Source of the DNA: Candidatus Heimdallarchaeota archaeon
Lineage (GTDB): Archaea; Asgardarchaeota; Heimdallarchaeia; JABLTI01
Length of the DNA: 64,000 bases
Direction of reading: 5' to 3'
Assembly (NCBI GenBank): GCA_019056785.1
Contig: DXJV01000029.1
Span: 64,001-128,000 of the forward strand
Part shown: positions 46,989-56,583 of the stretch, in pieces
Layout of the letters: every line of letters begins with the position of its first letter
Position numbering within the stretch: the first letter of the stretch is position 1
The notes under the pieces: generated by a model
The model's input: the letters and a program-made list of their open reading frames with translations, nothing else
What the model was told of the DNA's origin: nothing
The model's database searches: none
Translations under genes and position numbers: made by a program

Positions 46989-47675
46989 TTATTTGGTTTT
47001 CGAGAGTTTTTTATATTCATCCAATTTTATCGAGAGCTTGATCATTGCATCGTTTAGTTCAAAAGCTTGGAAGGCAGTAATCAAGTCGGTTCGGGTTCGA
47101 TTGACCAGATTCCTGGCAGAATCCAATTTTGTTCGCAATGGTCCCACCAACATTTTTGTGTAATCGACAGTGATCAATTCTGAGAACAAAAAATCCATGT
47201 AATTAAAGGCTCGTTGAGCATTTTCCATATCTCTCCGTCGCAACGAATCAAGCAGATACCGTCTTAACTCTCCTATCGTATCACTTGCAGCCAACATGTA
47301 ACTTGTAAAGGAAATCTCACATTCTTCCACTGAAGGGATCTCGTCGTAACGAATGATAGAGTTTATCATTATTGCCTCCCCTAATTCTTGTGCAGCATCA
47401 TCTAATCCCCGCCAGCACTCGAGACTTTTTGTTCCTTCGACTCTTTTGCTCATCTCCTTAAAGAGCTTCTTTGCTTCCTTTATTTTTTCATCAGCAATTT
47501 TGAATTCTTGCCGGTGAACAGATTTTATCGCTTCACTACAGATTCTTATTAATCGTCGTTGCTTAGTAAGGATGATATCTCGAGACTTGTCCTCCTCTTC
47601 TAGGAGAAGTTTTATATGATTCATTGATTCTTCAAATTTCTCTGTCTTCAATTTGGACAACTCTACTTTATTCAC
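46989..47675 (-). CDS. Translin/Trax family protein (archaeal C3PO-like)
   Basis: AIKSVHR, AQELGEA, YMLAASDTIGELRR, LRTKLD. Confidence 0.9.
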   Translation of the reverse strand: MNKVELSKLKTEKFEESMNHIKLLLEEEDKSRDIILTKQRRLIRICSEAIKSVHRQEFKIADEKIKEAKKLFKEMSKRVEGTKSLECWRGLDDAAQELGEAIMINSIIRYDEIPSVEECEISFTSYMLAASDTIGELRRYLLDSLRRRDMENAQRAFNYMDFLFSELITVDYTKMLVGPLRTKLDSARNLVNRTRTDLITAFQAFELNDAMIKLSIKLDEYKKLSKTK

Positions 47676-47878
47676 TCTTTTATTAAATTTAAATTAATCT
47701 TTTAAATGAAGAATTTTTTTCCCGTTTTGCCTCCTCCCGATTATTTTCAGTTATCTCCGGTGATTTTTTGTTGTTTAAAGAGCACAAATATCTGTAGTAA
47801 GTCAATAGTTTCACCAATCACTCTCAACTTTTTATATAACCGATACAATAATTAGTAGTAGTATGGAGCGCGATTTAG

Positions 47879-48187
47879 ATGGAACGTAAGCGAAGATTGA
47901 TACAGAAAGTGAAAATCGAAACAGTGCAAGCGAAAGTTTTACTCGAACTGAAGCCTTGCCCTGAATGTGGCAGCGAAATGAGTTTTTATTTAGATTGCCC
48001 TTTTGGTAACGGTAATATTGTCAATCCTGAGATTTGTTCTGAGCGATGCAATGTTAGCTGTGAAGCATTAATTTATTGCGAACAATGTGACTATGAAGAA
48101 TTTGTCGAAATCTTTCCACTTTCCGGTCTACCAATTAAGGAACGGCTTTCAAAACGTGAGTTTCAGGAAAAACCGAAGTGGGAATGA
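47879..48187 (+). CDS. Cys-rich zinc-binding protein
   Basis: CPEC...C...C...C...C...CEQC (8 Cys in 102 aa). Confidence 0.7.
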   Translation: MERKRRLIQKVKIETVQAKVLLELKPCPECGSEMSFYLDCPFGNGNIVNPEICSERCNVSCEALIYCEQCDYEEFVEIFPLSGLPIKERLSKREFQEKPKWE

Positions 48188-48203
48188 GAATGGGTGGAGA
48201 GCG

Positions 48204-48668
48204 CTAATCTTCTTCGTCAGGCAGGTCTGGAATTATTAAATTCTCATCGAAGTCTTCATCCCAATCAGGAAGATATTTATCTCCGGGAGGCAATAAACTT
48301 GGATTTTTAGCGAGAATTCGTTCTATCTTTTGGGCAATAAACACCAAAGTGATTGCTTGTGAAACATATGATTCTCCTTCCAACACAGCCATAACCAAGG
48401 CATTTTTTCCAGCACTTACAGCAACGATGTGTCGATCACCCGGCACATTGATTTGGATATCTCTGACACCTTCAAATTTGAGCAAATCAGAAACATATTC
48501 TGAAATATGGACAATACCGGAGGCAGCAGCACTGAGAGCTTCTTTAATATCCTCAGAATCGTTTGGTGCAAATGTTTGAATTGGAATGCCCGATCTCGAA
48601 GCAACGACGATTGTGTTTACACCTGTTGATTGTGAAAAATCATTCAGGATGGTTTCAATATCTTCCAT
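48204..48668 (-). CDS. Roadblock/LC7 domain protein with acidic C-terminal tail
   Basis: VVASRSGIPI...ALSAAA...IVAVSAGKNALVMAV roadblock pattern. Confidence 0.88.
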   Translation of the reverse strand: MEDIETILNDFSQSTGVNTIVVASRSGIPIQTFAPNDSEDIKEALSAAASGIVHISEYVSDLLKFEGVRDIQINVPGDRHIVAVSAGKNALVMAVLEGESYVSQAITLVFIAQKIERILAKNPSLLPPGDKYLPDWDEDFDENLIIPDLPDEED

Positions 48669-48776
48669 TTTTACCTACTCTAAATGGTAACTGTTTTAGG
48701 TTATTTATTTTACTGTTTAGACTATTTTTAAGAGCTTTTTGAGTTTTTTTTGACAGAAAAAAATGTCAGTAAGCGT

Positions 48777-49502
48777 TTATTTTAGCGCTTGGAAAGTGTC
48801 TGAGAGGACCTTAGGATTATTTGTAATGAGTGTTTGGACGCCCATTTTTGCTAATTTTACTGCTAAATCAGGTTTGTCCACCGTCCAAGTGCGCGTTATT
48901 AAGCCAAATTGTGCGGCACGGGATAACAGTCTTTTTGTGACTATTGACTTATGAGGATGTATCCCTTCACAGTGAAGAGATTTTCTAACTTTTTTTAGAC
49001 TCGTAAAGGGATTAGTGAATAGGAGAGCTGTAGGAATACTCGCGTTTAGTTCCTTAACTTTCCGTAATGTTTCTGGGATAAAGGAGGAAATTACCAGCCT
49101 TTTGGTAATTTTCAGATCGGTTAACATATCCACTAATGTTTTTTCGAGCCTTTTTTCTTTAATTTCTATGTTCAACCAATATGTATTCCCAAAAAGTTTG
49201 AGAACTTCTTCTAGAGTGGGGATTTTTTCGCCATGACCAAAATCAAATTTCCGGAGCTCGGTTAGCGTTAATTCTTTTACAATTCCAGTACCATTTTTAA
49301 TTGTTCTATCAACTGTACTATCATGAATGATAACAATTTCCCCGTTTATCGTTGCTCGGATATCAAATTCCAAACCATCAGCACCATCATGAAATGCTCT
49401 GGAAAAAGCTGCAAGTGTATTTTCGGGCTCAACGGCAGAAGCTCCTCGATGGGCAAAAATAAGAGGTTTTAGTAGGGGGTATTCCATGACAATCAGCAAC
49501 AA
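48777..49502 (-). CDS. ugpQ: Glycerophosphodiester phosphodiesterase
   Basis: AHRGAS..PENT, EFDI, IHD, IPTLEE, NIEIK, SSF, WTVD. Confidence 0.94.
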   Translation of the reverse strand: MLLIVMEYPLLKPLIFAHRGASAVEPENTLAAFSRAFHDGADGLEFDIRATINGEIVIIHDSTVDRTIKNGTGIVKELTLTELRKFDFGHGEKIPTLEEVLKLFGNTYWLNIEIKEKRLEKTLVDMLTDLKITKRLVISSFIPETLRKVKELNASIPTALLFTNPFTSLKKVRKSLHCEGIHPHKSIVTKRLLSRAAQFGLITRTWTVDKPDLAVKLAKMGVQTLITNNPKVLSDTFQALK

Positions 49503-49603
49503 ACAAAATTATTTATTAACCAGCTATTGAAATTTTATTCTCATCTAATAAATTATATTGCTTAAAAACAACTTTAAAACCATCGATTTGTTTGTGATTC
49601 GAC

Positions 49604-50686
49604 ATGGAGCTAAAATTAGCATTCAAAAAAACGATAGACAACGTTCAGAGGGAACTGAAGAAACTCTTTAAAAAAAATGGCTCAAAGACAGTATTATTGG
49701 GTGACTTTAGTGGTATTTTCTATGACTCTTTAGACGAGTATCTCACCCATGGCGGCAAACGCATTCGCCCTTTTCTTGTTCAGACGGCTTTCGATGCAGT
49801 GGGAGGCGACCATTCGAAGGGAAATATTGTTCGGGCCTCGCTGGCACTTGAATTGCTACATAATGGATCCCTCCTTCATGATGATGTAATAGACAAAGAC
49901 GAAACGCGCCGTGGTAAACCTGCATTCTACGTTAAATTCAGAAATTTCTACCAACAACAAGTAAACAACGAGTCTTTTGACAAGGCAAATGATTTTGGTG
50001 AAGCGATGGCTATTTTTGCCGGAGACCTTTGTTTTCCCTACGCCATTGAATGCATTATTAATAGTGGTTTTCCAATGGAAGCAAGGATTAAGGCTTTACA
50101 AGCATTTGCAGATGCTTTTCGAGAAGTTATTAATGGTGTTATTATTGAAACCGGCGATGCCACATTAAACACGGGTACTGAGAAGTCTTATTATCGAATG
50201 GTTAATTTGAAAACTGGGGCCTTAATTCGCAAAGCAGTTGAAATTGGTGCCATTCTCGGTGGCGGATCAGAAGCGCAAAGAAATGCGTTAGTTACCTATT
50301 GTAAGGAAATCGGCATAGCCTTCCAAATACAAGATGATATTCTAGGTATTTTTGGTGACCCAGAAAAACTGGGAAAACCCATCGGAGGGGACATCAGAGA
50401 GAATAAACAAACGATTTTAAGAATTTATGCGATGGCAAATGGCTCTAGTGAACAAGTGAATCGTCTTAGCGAATTGATGGGTTCGGATGACATTACAGAA
50501 GCCGAAGTCGAAGAAGTGCGAAAAATTTTCCGAGACACAGGTGCATTGGCTTTTGCCCGTGAGAAAATTAAGGAAGCAACAGAAAAAGCGATCCAAGCAT
50601 TAGAAACAGCAAAACCACCGCTTAAGGAAAAACCAAAGAAATTGTTCATTGCACTGGCAAAATATCTAGAAGAACGGAAAAAGTAG
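49604..50686 (+). CDS. Trans-isoprenyl diphosphate synthase (IdsA/GGPP synthase family)
   Basis: GGKRIRP, LLHDDVID..RRG, LKTG, FQIQDD, GKPIGGDIRENK. Confidence 0.93.
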   Translation: MELKLAFKKTIDNVQRELKKLFKKNGSKTVLLGDFSGIFYDSLDEYLTHGGKRIRPFLVQTAFDAVGGDHSKGNIVRASLALELLHNGSLLHDDVIDKDETRRGKPAFYVKFRNFYQQQVNNESFDKANDFGEAMAIFAGDLCFPYAIECIINSGFPMEARIKALQAFADAFREVINGVIIETGDATLNTGTEKSYYRMVNLKTGALIRKAVEIGAILGGGSEAQRNALVTYCKEIGIAFQIQDDILGIFGDPEKLGKPIGGDIRENKQTILRIYAMANGSSEQVNRLSELMGSDDITEAEVEEVRKIFRDTGALAFAREKIKEATEKAIQALETAKPPLKEKPKKLFIALAKYLEERKK

Positions 50687-50771
50687 CCTTTTCTCGTCTT
50701 TGCTCCAAGAATATTGCCTTTTTTATACTTCTTTTTGAATTTTCTTTTATAACAGGATGAGATGAATGTGA

Positions 50772-51116
50772 ATGGTTGAAACAGGCGAGAACAATACTCC
50801 AGGAAAAACGGCTGTAAATACGCGAGAAATGCTTGAGAATGATGTTCGCTCAAACCTCCGCTATTGCTGGCAACGAGCAATGGTTTTTGCCATCCAATAC
50901 AAACCAACGATTCAAGAAGTGCTGGACGAACTTGTTAAGGGGTTTTTAGTCTTTATACCAAAATATCACCCAAAAAGAGAGGCTTTTCGACAAGCACTTG
51001 TGGAGGTGTTCCATGAAATGCTGGGAAAATTCTTCTCGACAGAAGATATTTCTGGAGAGATGCTCGAAAACCACTTTATAGAAAAAGCCATTGACAAGAT
51101 AAAGCAATTGCTCTGA
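50772..51116 (+). CDS. Hypothetical helical protein
   Basis: 114-aa ORF co-oriented with neighbours; no motif recognised. Confidence 0.6.
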   Translation: MVETGENNTPGKTAVNTREMLENDVRSNLRYCWQRAMVFAIQYKPTIQEVLDELVKGFLVFIPKYHPKREAFRQALVEVFHEMLGKFFSTEDISGEMLENHFIEKAIDKIKQLL

Positions 51117-51193
51117 ATTCTCCACCTTAATAAAAAAGTTAATTTGTCTTCAAGTAGAGATAAAAAAACTGGAAAAACTCGGAGGAAAAACCA

Positions 51194-52267
51194 ATGGATG
51201 TTCTCGTAATAGGTGGTAGTCGGTTTAGTGGTAGAAAATTGGTTGAATTACTTGCCAAAAGAGAACACTCTGTTATGGTGATTAATCGCGGAAAATCAGA
51301 AAAAGCGGCCCCGCCCTTTATTCAGCCAGAGAAATACCAATATCCTGAAGGTGTGGAAGTTCTCCATGCTGATCGTAAAAATACCAGAGAGTTTGCGCGA
51401 ATCCTTCGAAAAAGCACTTTTGAAGCGATTATCGATACCTGTGCGTATACAGAACCAGATGTCCGGACAATTTTGCAAAACACCCCAAAAGGATTAGAAC
51501 ATTATGTTATGGTCAGTACAGCCAGTGTATATGATGAGAAAAAATTAAGAATGTTTCCTATTGCAGAAGAAGCCCCTATCGGTTCAATGGGTGATGATGA
51601 GCAACTCCTTTATAGTAGAGATAAACGCAAAGCAGAGGCAGCACTAAAAACTGCCTATCAAGAGACCGGCTTCCCCATGACTATTATCCGCCCAACATAT
51701 ATTTATGGGCCAAACAATCCACTCTACCGAGAGTATTATTTTTTTGACAGGCTTCTTGACAAGCGCCCCATTTTTCTTCCGGGCAGTGGTGACTTTATTA
51801 TTGACTTTGTTTTTGTCTCTGATGTTGCATGGCTATTAGCCGCGCCACTTGAAAGTAAAAAAGCTAAAGGGGAAGTCTACAATGCCACCGGCGAAGGTGG
51901 GCTCACACTCAACAGCTATATTGATATTCTAGCTGAAATCGTTGGGGTTAAACAGCCTGAAGTTATTCATTATAACCCAGAAATTTTACAGCAAAAAGAG
52001 CTGCAGCCAAAAACAATGATGCAAATGTTTCCTTTTAGCTATAGTGAGCATCTGCTTTTAAGCCGAGAAAAAGCTGTGAAAGACTTTGGTTATAAACCAA
52101 CCCCCTTCTATACAGGAGTACGCATAACGTTTCAATGGTACGAAAAACGACGCAACCGCGACTGGCAACCTGATTACTCGCTGGATGAAAAAATCAGAAA
52201 ATATCTCGAGAAAAAAAATACAACAATGACTAATTATAAGCGAAACCTTGATTTTTCAGCAAAATAA
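51194..52267 (+). CDS. Atypical NAD-dependent epimerase/SDR (CSP41-like)
   Basis: IGGSRFSG, NRG, STASVY, YSRDK, IRPTYIYGP. Confidence 0.88.
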   Translation: MDVLVIGGSRFSGRKLVELLAKREHSVMVINRGKSEKAAPPFIQPEKYQYPEGVEVLHADRKNTREFARILRKSTFEAIIDTCAYTEPDVRTILQNTPKGLEHYVMVSTASVYDEKKLRMFPIAEEAPIGSMGDDEQLLYSRDKRKAEAALKTAYQETGFPMTIIRPTYIYGPNNPLYREYYFFDRLLDKRPIFLPGSGDFIIDFVFVSDVAWLLAAPLESKKAKGEVYNATGEGGLTLNSYIDILAEIVGVKQPEVIHYNPEILQQKELQPKTMMQMFPFSYSEHLLLSREKAVKDFGYKPTPFYTGVRITFQWYEKRRNRDWQPDYSLDEKIRKYLEKKNTTMTNYKRNLDFSAK

Positions 52268-52285
52268 TAATTATTCTGGAGAAAC

Positions 52286-52981
52286 TTGATGAACGAGCGG
52301 AAACTGCAGGAAGAAAAAGAGAATCTTATTGCACATTACAAAATGAATGGATATATAAAATCCCCAGAAGTGGTCCGAGCTTTTCGTATGGTTCCCCGTG
52401 AGGAATTTATCGAGAAAAACCTCAAACGAATGGCCTACCTAGACCGCCCTCTCCCCATTCTAGCCGGGCAAACAATTTCCGCCCCCCATATGGTGGCAAT
52501 GATGGTTAGCAAGGACATTCTCAACTTGCAAGTAGGAGATAAATGTCTCGAGGTGGGTGCAGGCTCCGGCTATCATGCTGCTGTTATTGCTGAAATTGTT
52601 GCTCCCACAGGAACCGATGAGAAAACGCGGGGGCATGTCTACACTATTGAGCGTATAAAAGAGTTAGTTGACTTTGCAAAAGCAAACCTTGAACGCACAG
52701 GGTATGCTAACCGCGTCACTGTGATTCACGGGGATGGCTCCATGGGTTACCCCGAGAAAGCACCTTATGATAAAATTACCGTCGCTTGTGCGGCCCCGGA
52801 TATTCCTCCTCCACTCCTCAAACAGTTAAAACCAGGCGGTCGGCTTGTCATTCCTGTTGCCGGCGGAGGATATTTTCAAGAATTAAAGGTTATATTCAAA
52901 CGAAAGGATGGTTCTATTAAAAGCGAAACAAAATGTGGTGTTGCTTTCGTACCCTTAATCGGAAAGTATGGTTACAAATAA
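52286..52981 (+). CDS. pcm: Protein-L-isoaspartate O-methyltransferase
   Basis: VPREEF, GQTISAPHMV, LEVGAGSGY, GDGSMGYPEKAPYD, QLKPGGRLVIPV. Confidence 0.96.
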   Translation: MMNERKLQEEKENLIAHYKMNGYIKSPEVVRAFRMVPREEFIEKNLKRMAYLDRPLPILAGQTISAPHMVAMMVSKDILNLQVGDKCLEVGAGSGYHAAVIAEIVAPTGTDEKTRGHVYTIERIKELVDFAKANLERTGYANRVTVIHGDGSMGYPEKAPYDKITVACAAPDIPPPLLKQLKPGGRLVIPVAGGGYFQELKVIFKRKDGSIKSETKCGVAFVPLIGKYGYK

Positions 52982-52992
52982 AACTGTTGTTC

Positions 52993-55900
52993 TTATGCTG
53001 CTTCTCCAAAAAATTCTGTTAAACTTCGCTGAGTTTTCTTTTCTTGTATAAAATATTCATTAATCGCTTCATTGAATAGCTCCAACCGTTGTTTCAAATA
53101 ATTAGAAAGATTGTAATCTTCCATTAATTTCTTTGCAGTCTCATAATATTTGGTAATGGTCTTTTTATGTACCGTCAAAATAATTTTCCCGCCATCTGGA
53201 CAATTGGTACATTTTCCAGTGAGGGGCATTCGTCGATATTTTGTATTACATTTAACACAGCGGAAAGTTTGGGCACCAAAGGCACGGAGACAACCGATCA
53301 TGTCCGGGAAGAAATGTTTATTGATTACGCGTTCTGCCACATCCTCAAGGTCCACTGCTCGAATCATTTTTGCTATTTTTAACTGCGCCTCGAGTTTATC
53401 GACCATTTTCCCCAGCCGGGAGTAGATGGTAGATGGCGGTCCGAGGGCAATATCGCTTGTTTCATGCGTATAATGGAAGTTTTCGAATTGCTCTAGTGTA
53501 TCTAAACGATTAGCAATAAGGTCAATAATTTGAGCGATTTTTTTCGAGTCTATAAAATCATAAGAACGTTCGTAGAATTCCAGCGGGTAGCGTTTAACAC
53601 AATCAACAGCATGAGATTCGTCATCCACTTCATTTGGGTTAATGACTGTTCCGAGAGTAAGAGGGGCGTCCATTGAACCTCCGCGTGTAACGGGGAGGAA
53701 CTGTTTGGAAAAATCGAGAAAGCCCTCAAGCATGAGAATAATGGCATCTTCATCCCCATCACAATTTCGCCTTTTTGCCGCATGCCAATAAGGATGTGCG
53801 AGATTCCCTTTGACAGTTGTAAAACCGACTATTCTACCGGTTATTCCTGAGGAAGTGTGAGGAGCTAACCCTATGACTAGATGCCCGATGAGATCAGATA
53901 TCTTCTTAATGTTATAAAATCTCGGGAGACCATAAACAGACTCGAGTAAATCATCTACATACCGGGCCACCCGCACTAAAAATTCACCATTGTCGATATT
54001 AAGAACGACATCCTGTATTTTCAATTCCAGAATCTGGTTATCAGTAGTGAGTGGTTGCCCTCGGATGTCTTTTGTATAACCAATTGCTCGCAATTGTTCC
54101 ACTGAAGCACTTACTTCCTTGGGTTTAAAATGCATTAGAGGAATATCGGTGGAATCAAAACGGATTGTTCCGTCTTTATAGACGTTCAAATCATGTCGTG
54201 CCCTTAAAAAGCCTTTTTCGAGAAGCTCGGGAATCTTGTTGCGATTCATTAGTTTCTTGACACCTTTAGTGTTTGCCGGAATGGACCCCCCTAAGGTTTT
54301 TTTCACTCGAGTAATATCTTTACTAAGATCCACCATGCGTGTTGTATAGGGGACGGGATAACGATTGCATTGCTCACAAAAATCATTTTCAGCCAACTCC
54401 CGCCCACAAGAAGGACAACTTGTTAGGATTTTTGTGGGGATGGCACATTTCGGACACAAGGAAAGATGTGTAATTGTATTGCATTTTGGACATTCTCTTT
54501 GAACAACAGTAATCTCGATCGTCTTCTTTTTTGCTGCCTCCAGAATTAAACGACTATTACCATTTCCTTCCATTTCGAGTGGAAAGAGAGAATGCACCGG
54601 GGGCTTCATTTTGCGTTCTTTCGCCTTTTCTGGTCGCCCCATCCTTGCACCCGAATAGATTGGGATTTTCATTTTAATCTCGAATGGCACAAGATGCTTG
54701 AAAGGAGGACGTACGTCTCGCTCGATTTCTTCGGGGTGTAAGGTAGTGTTTTTCAATTGCATGCAATGTTCAAGGATTAAATTACATTCATCAATGATGA
54801 TATAACCGTCTTTAATTTTATGAGGAAGTCCAATGCGCTCTAACAGAACTTTTGCATTAAAGGATGGATCAAGAACAAGAGCATCTCGCTTTTTCGCAAG
54901 ATTAATTATGAGTTCTTTGTCAGTCACACGAGCACGTAAAATTTTGTCGCGCAGCTCAAAAAATTCATCAAAGGTTATATCATGCCAGGCATAGGTATAA
55001 TAGGGATGAAGGGGAATCATCAACTCATAACTAAAACTTAAAGCCTCGAGTTGGGTAGGCTTGGTTGTTATTGGGTTGCTAAGAAACTCTTGTAATCGCT
55101 CTGGCGACATGCCCAACAGCTTAGCTGCAATTTGCAAATCGTTATTGCATTTTGATTTAAGCCGCGACTCGAGATAGAGAACCCACCATTCTTCCACAAA
55201 ACCCGAAGGAATTAAGGGATGGTTATTTTCCAGAAACTCACCAAAACCGACTAGTAAATCCCCTAGAAAAAGGATTTTAGCAATACGCTTCTGGAGTTTT
55301 ATCGCTTGTCCATAGGTCTCGATTTTCACCACAGAACCATCTTTCAACAAAACGGTGGGCCCTTCTATCGAATCCACTGGCATGACAACACTGCCTTTGC
55401 CGGGGCGTTCTGTCCGGATGTGTGTTCCTGGTGCCAAGAAATCCATGAGAACTTTCATCGTAGCAGGGTGGATGCCAATTCCTGCTAAACCAGTATTCCT
55501 TGAGTGTCCATAGCGTATACGAAATCCCCCTGCTTTGGAAGGGTGCGCGAAAATTGGCCGTCCACCGATGATATCCTTAATATAGCCATAAGAGGGTTGT
55601 GTTTTAGCCTTAAAATCTTCTTTCTCTTTTTGTGCTTGTTTCTCGGAGATGGCTACTTTGAGTGATTTTAACCAATCCCATCCCGACAAACCAACGGTTT
55701 TGACTGTCTTCAAGATTTTCATTGCCCGGCCAACAATACCATCATTTAAGACCAGGCATGCTCCCCCTCGTAAGGTATTTGTCTCGACACGCGGGAGGTC
55801 CCGAAAAGCAGACACTTCATCGGGGTTTGTGCTTTCTCCTGTGACTTCTACAGGCAAATTTTGAACGGCAAACTCGATCTGTTCTGCAGTTGTAGGAATT

Positions 55901-56496
55901 TGTAAATGTACAACGCGTTTATAGAGATCTATCTCCTCCACAAAGCGCATCATTTCTTGTCGTGTGGCTTTGTAACGAGATAACTTCAAAACCTTCCGGA
56001 CATGGTCCGATATGAGAACGGTTAAAGCTGCTTCCGTACCCCCTGCAGAACGTATTGGCCCCGCAAAATAAACCGCAAGATACTTGGTATTATCATCATT
56101 TGATTTAATCTTTACTTTTGCGATTCCTTCCAATGGAGCAGCTGTAACTCCTTCTGTAAGAATGGCCAGCGCGGTCCGGATAGCTATGTCGGCTTTCTTT
56201 TCGTCTGAGGAGCTGGGATCAATGAACCGTCCCTGAGCAATTTCTTCGGCAATTTTGAACGCAACATTCTCTCGATCCATTGTTGTACTTAAATGTCGGA
56301 TCTGCTCCGCTATTCCTGGCAACCCCATCAACCCTTCCACTTTGCCGGCAACATCTTTTGCCAGGTGGATCTCTACTTCTGGTTCTGGGTCCAAGCCTTT
56401 TCGACGCGCTTCTTGTGCCACCTGATAAATCCGGCGCACTTCCTCTTCAAGTGCATTGAAATAAGATTTCATCTGATCTGAAGTTGCCAGTTCCAC
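52993..56496 (-). CDS. polC: DNA polymerase D large subunit DP2, no intein
   Basis: GPIRSAGGT, GFRIRYG, RMGRPEK, Zn fingers, KDGTIRFD, HAAKRRNCDGDED, C-terminal PIP box QRSLTEFF. Confidence 0.98.
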   Translation of the reverse strand: MELATSDQMKSYFNALEEEVRRIYQVAQEARRKGLDPEPEVEIHLAKDVAGKVEGLMGLPGIAEQIRHLSTTMDRENVAFKIAEEIAQGRFIDPSSSDEKKADIAIRTALAILTEGVTAAPLEGIAKVKIKSNDDNTKYLAVYFAGPIRSAGGTEAALTVLISDHVRKVLKLSRYKATRQEMMRFVEEIDLYKRVVHLQIPTTAEQIEFAVQNLPVEVTGESTNPDEVSAFRDLPRVETNTLRGGACLVLNDGIVGRAMKILKTVKTVGLSGWDWLKSLKVAISEKQAQKEKEDFKAKTQPSYGYIKDIIGGRPIFAHPSKAGGFRIRYGHSRNTGLAGIGIHPATMKVLMDFLAPGTHIRTERPGKGSVVMPVDSIEGPTVLLKDGSVVKIETYGQAIKLQKRIAKILFLGDLLVGFGEFLENNHPLIPSGFVEEWWVLYLESRLKSKCNNDLQIAAKLLGMSPERLQEFLSNPITTKPTQLEALSFSYELMIPLHPYYTYAWHDITFDEFFELRDKILRARVTDKELIINLAKKRDALVLDPSFNAKVLLERIGLPHKIKDGYIIIDECNLILEHCMQLKNTTLHPEEIERDVRPPFKHLVPFEIKMKIPIYSGARMGRPEKAKERKMKPPVHSLFPLEMEGNGNSRLILEAAKKKTIEITVVQRECPKCNTITHLSLCPKCAIPTKILTSCPSCGRELAENDFCEQCNRYPVPYTTRMVDLSKDITRVKKTLGGSIPANTKGVKKLMNRNKIPELLEKGFLRARHDLNVYKDGTIRFDSTDIPLMHFKPKEVSASVEQLRAIGYTKDIRGQPLTTDNQILELKIQDVVLNIDNGEFLVRVARYVDDLLESVYGLPRFYNIKKISDLIGHLVIGLAPHTSSGITGRIVGFTTVKGNLAHPYWHAAKRRNCDGDEDAIILMLEGFLDFSKQFLPVTRGGSMDAPLTLGTVINPNEVDDESHAVDCVKRYPLEFYERSYDFIDSKKIAQIIDLIANRLDTLEQFENFHYTHETSDIALGPPSTIYSRLGKMVDKLEAQLKIAKMIRAVDLEDVAERVINKHFFPDMIGCLRAFGAQTFRCVKCNTKYRRMPLTGKCTNCPDGGKIILTVHKKTITKYYETAKKLMEDYNLSNYLKQRLELFNEAINEYFIQEKKTQRSLTEFFGEAA

Positions 56497-56583
56497 TACT
56501 TTTTCACGACACCGTTTAAGTTCTTATTAATTTTATATCGAAGTATTTATTTAATAACACTAGTATGATGCTTCTGATTTTTT

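Noticed and set aside
52993-56496. Intein in DP2
   Set aside because: The usual insertion region HAAKRRNCDGDED is uninterrupted and the length (1167 aa) is normal.
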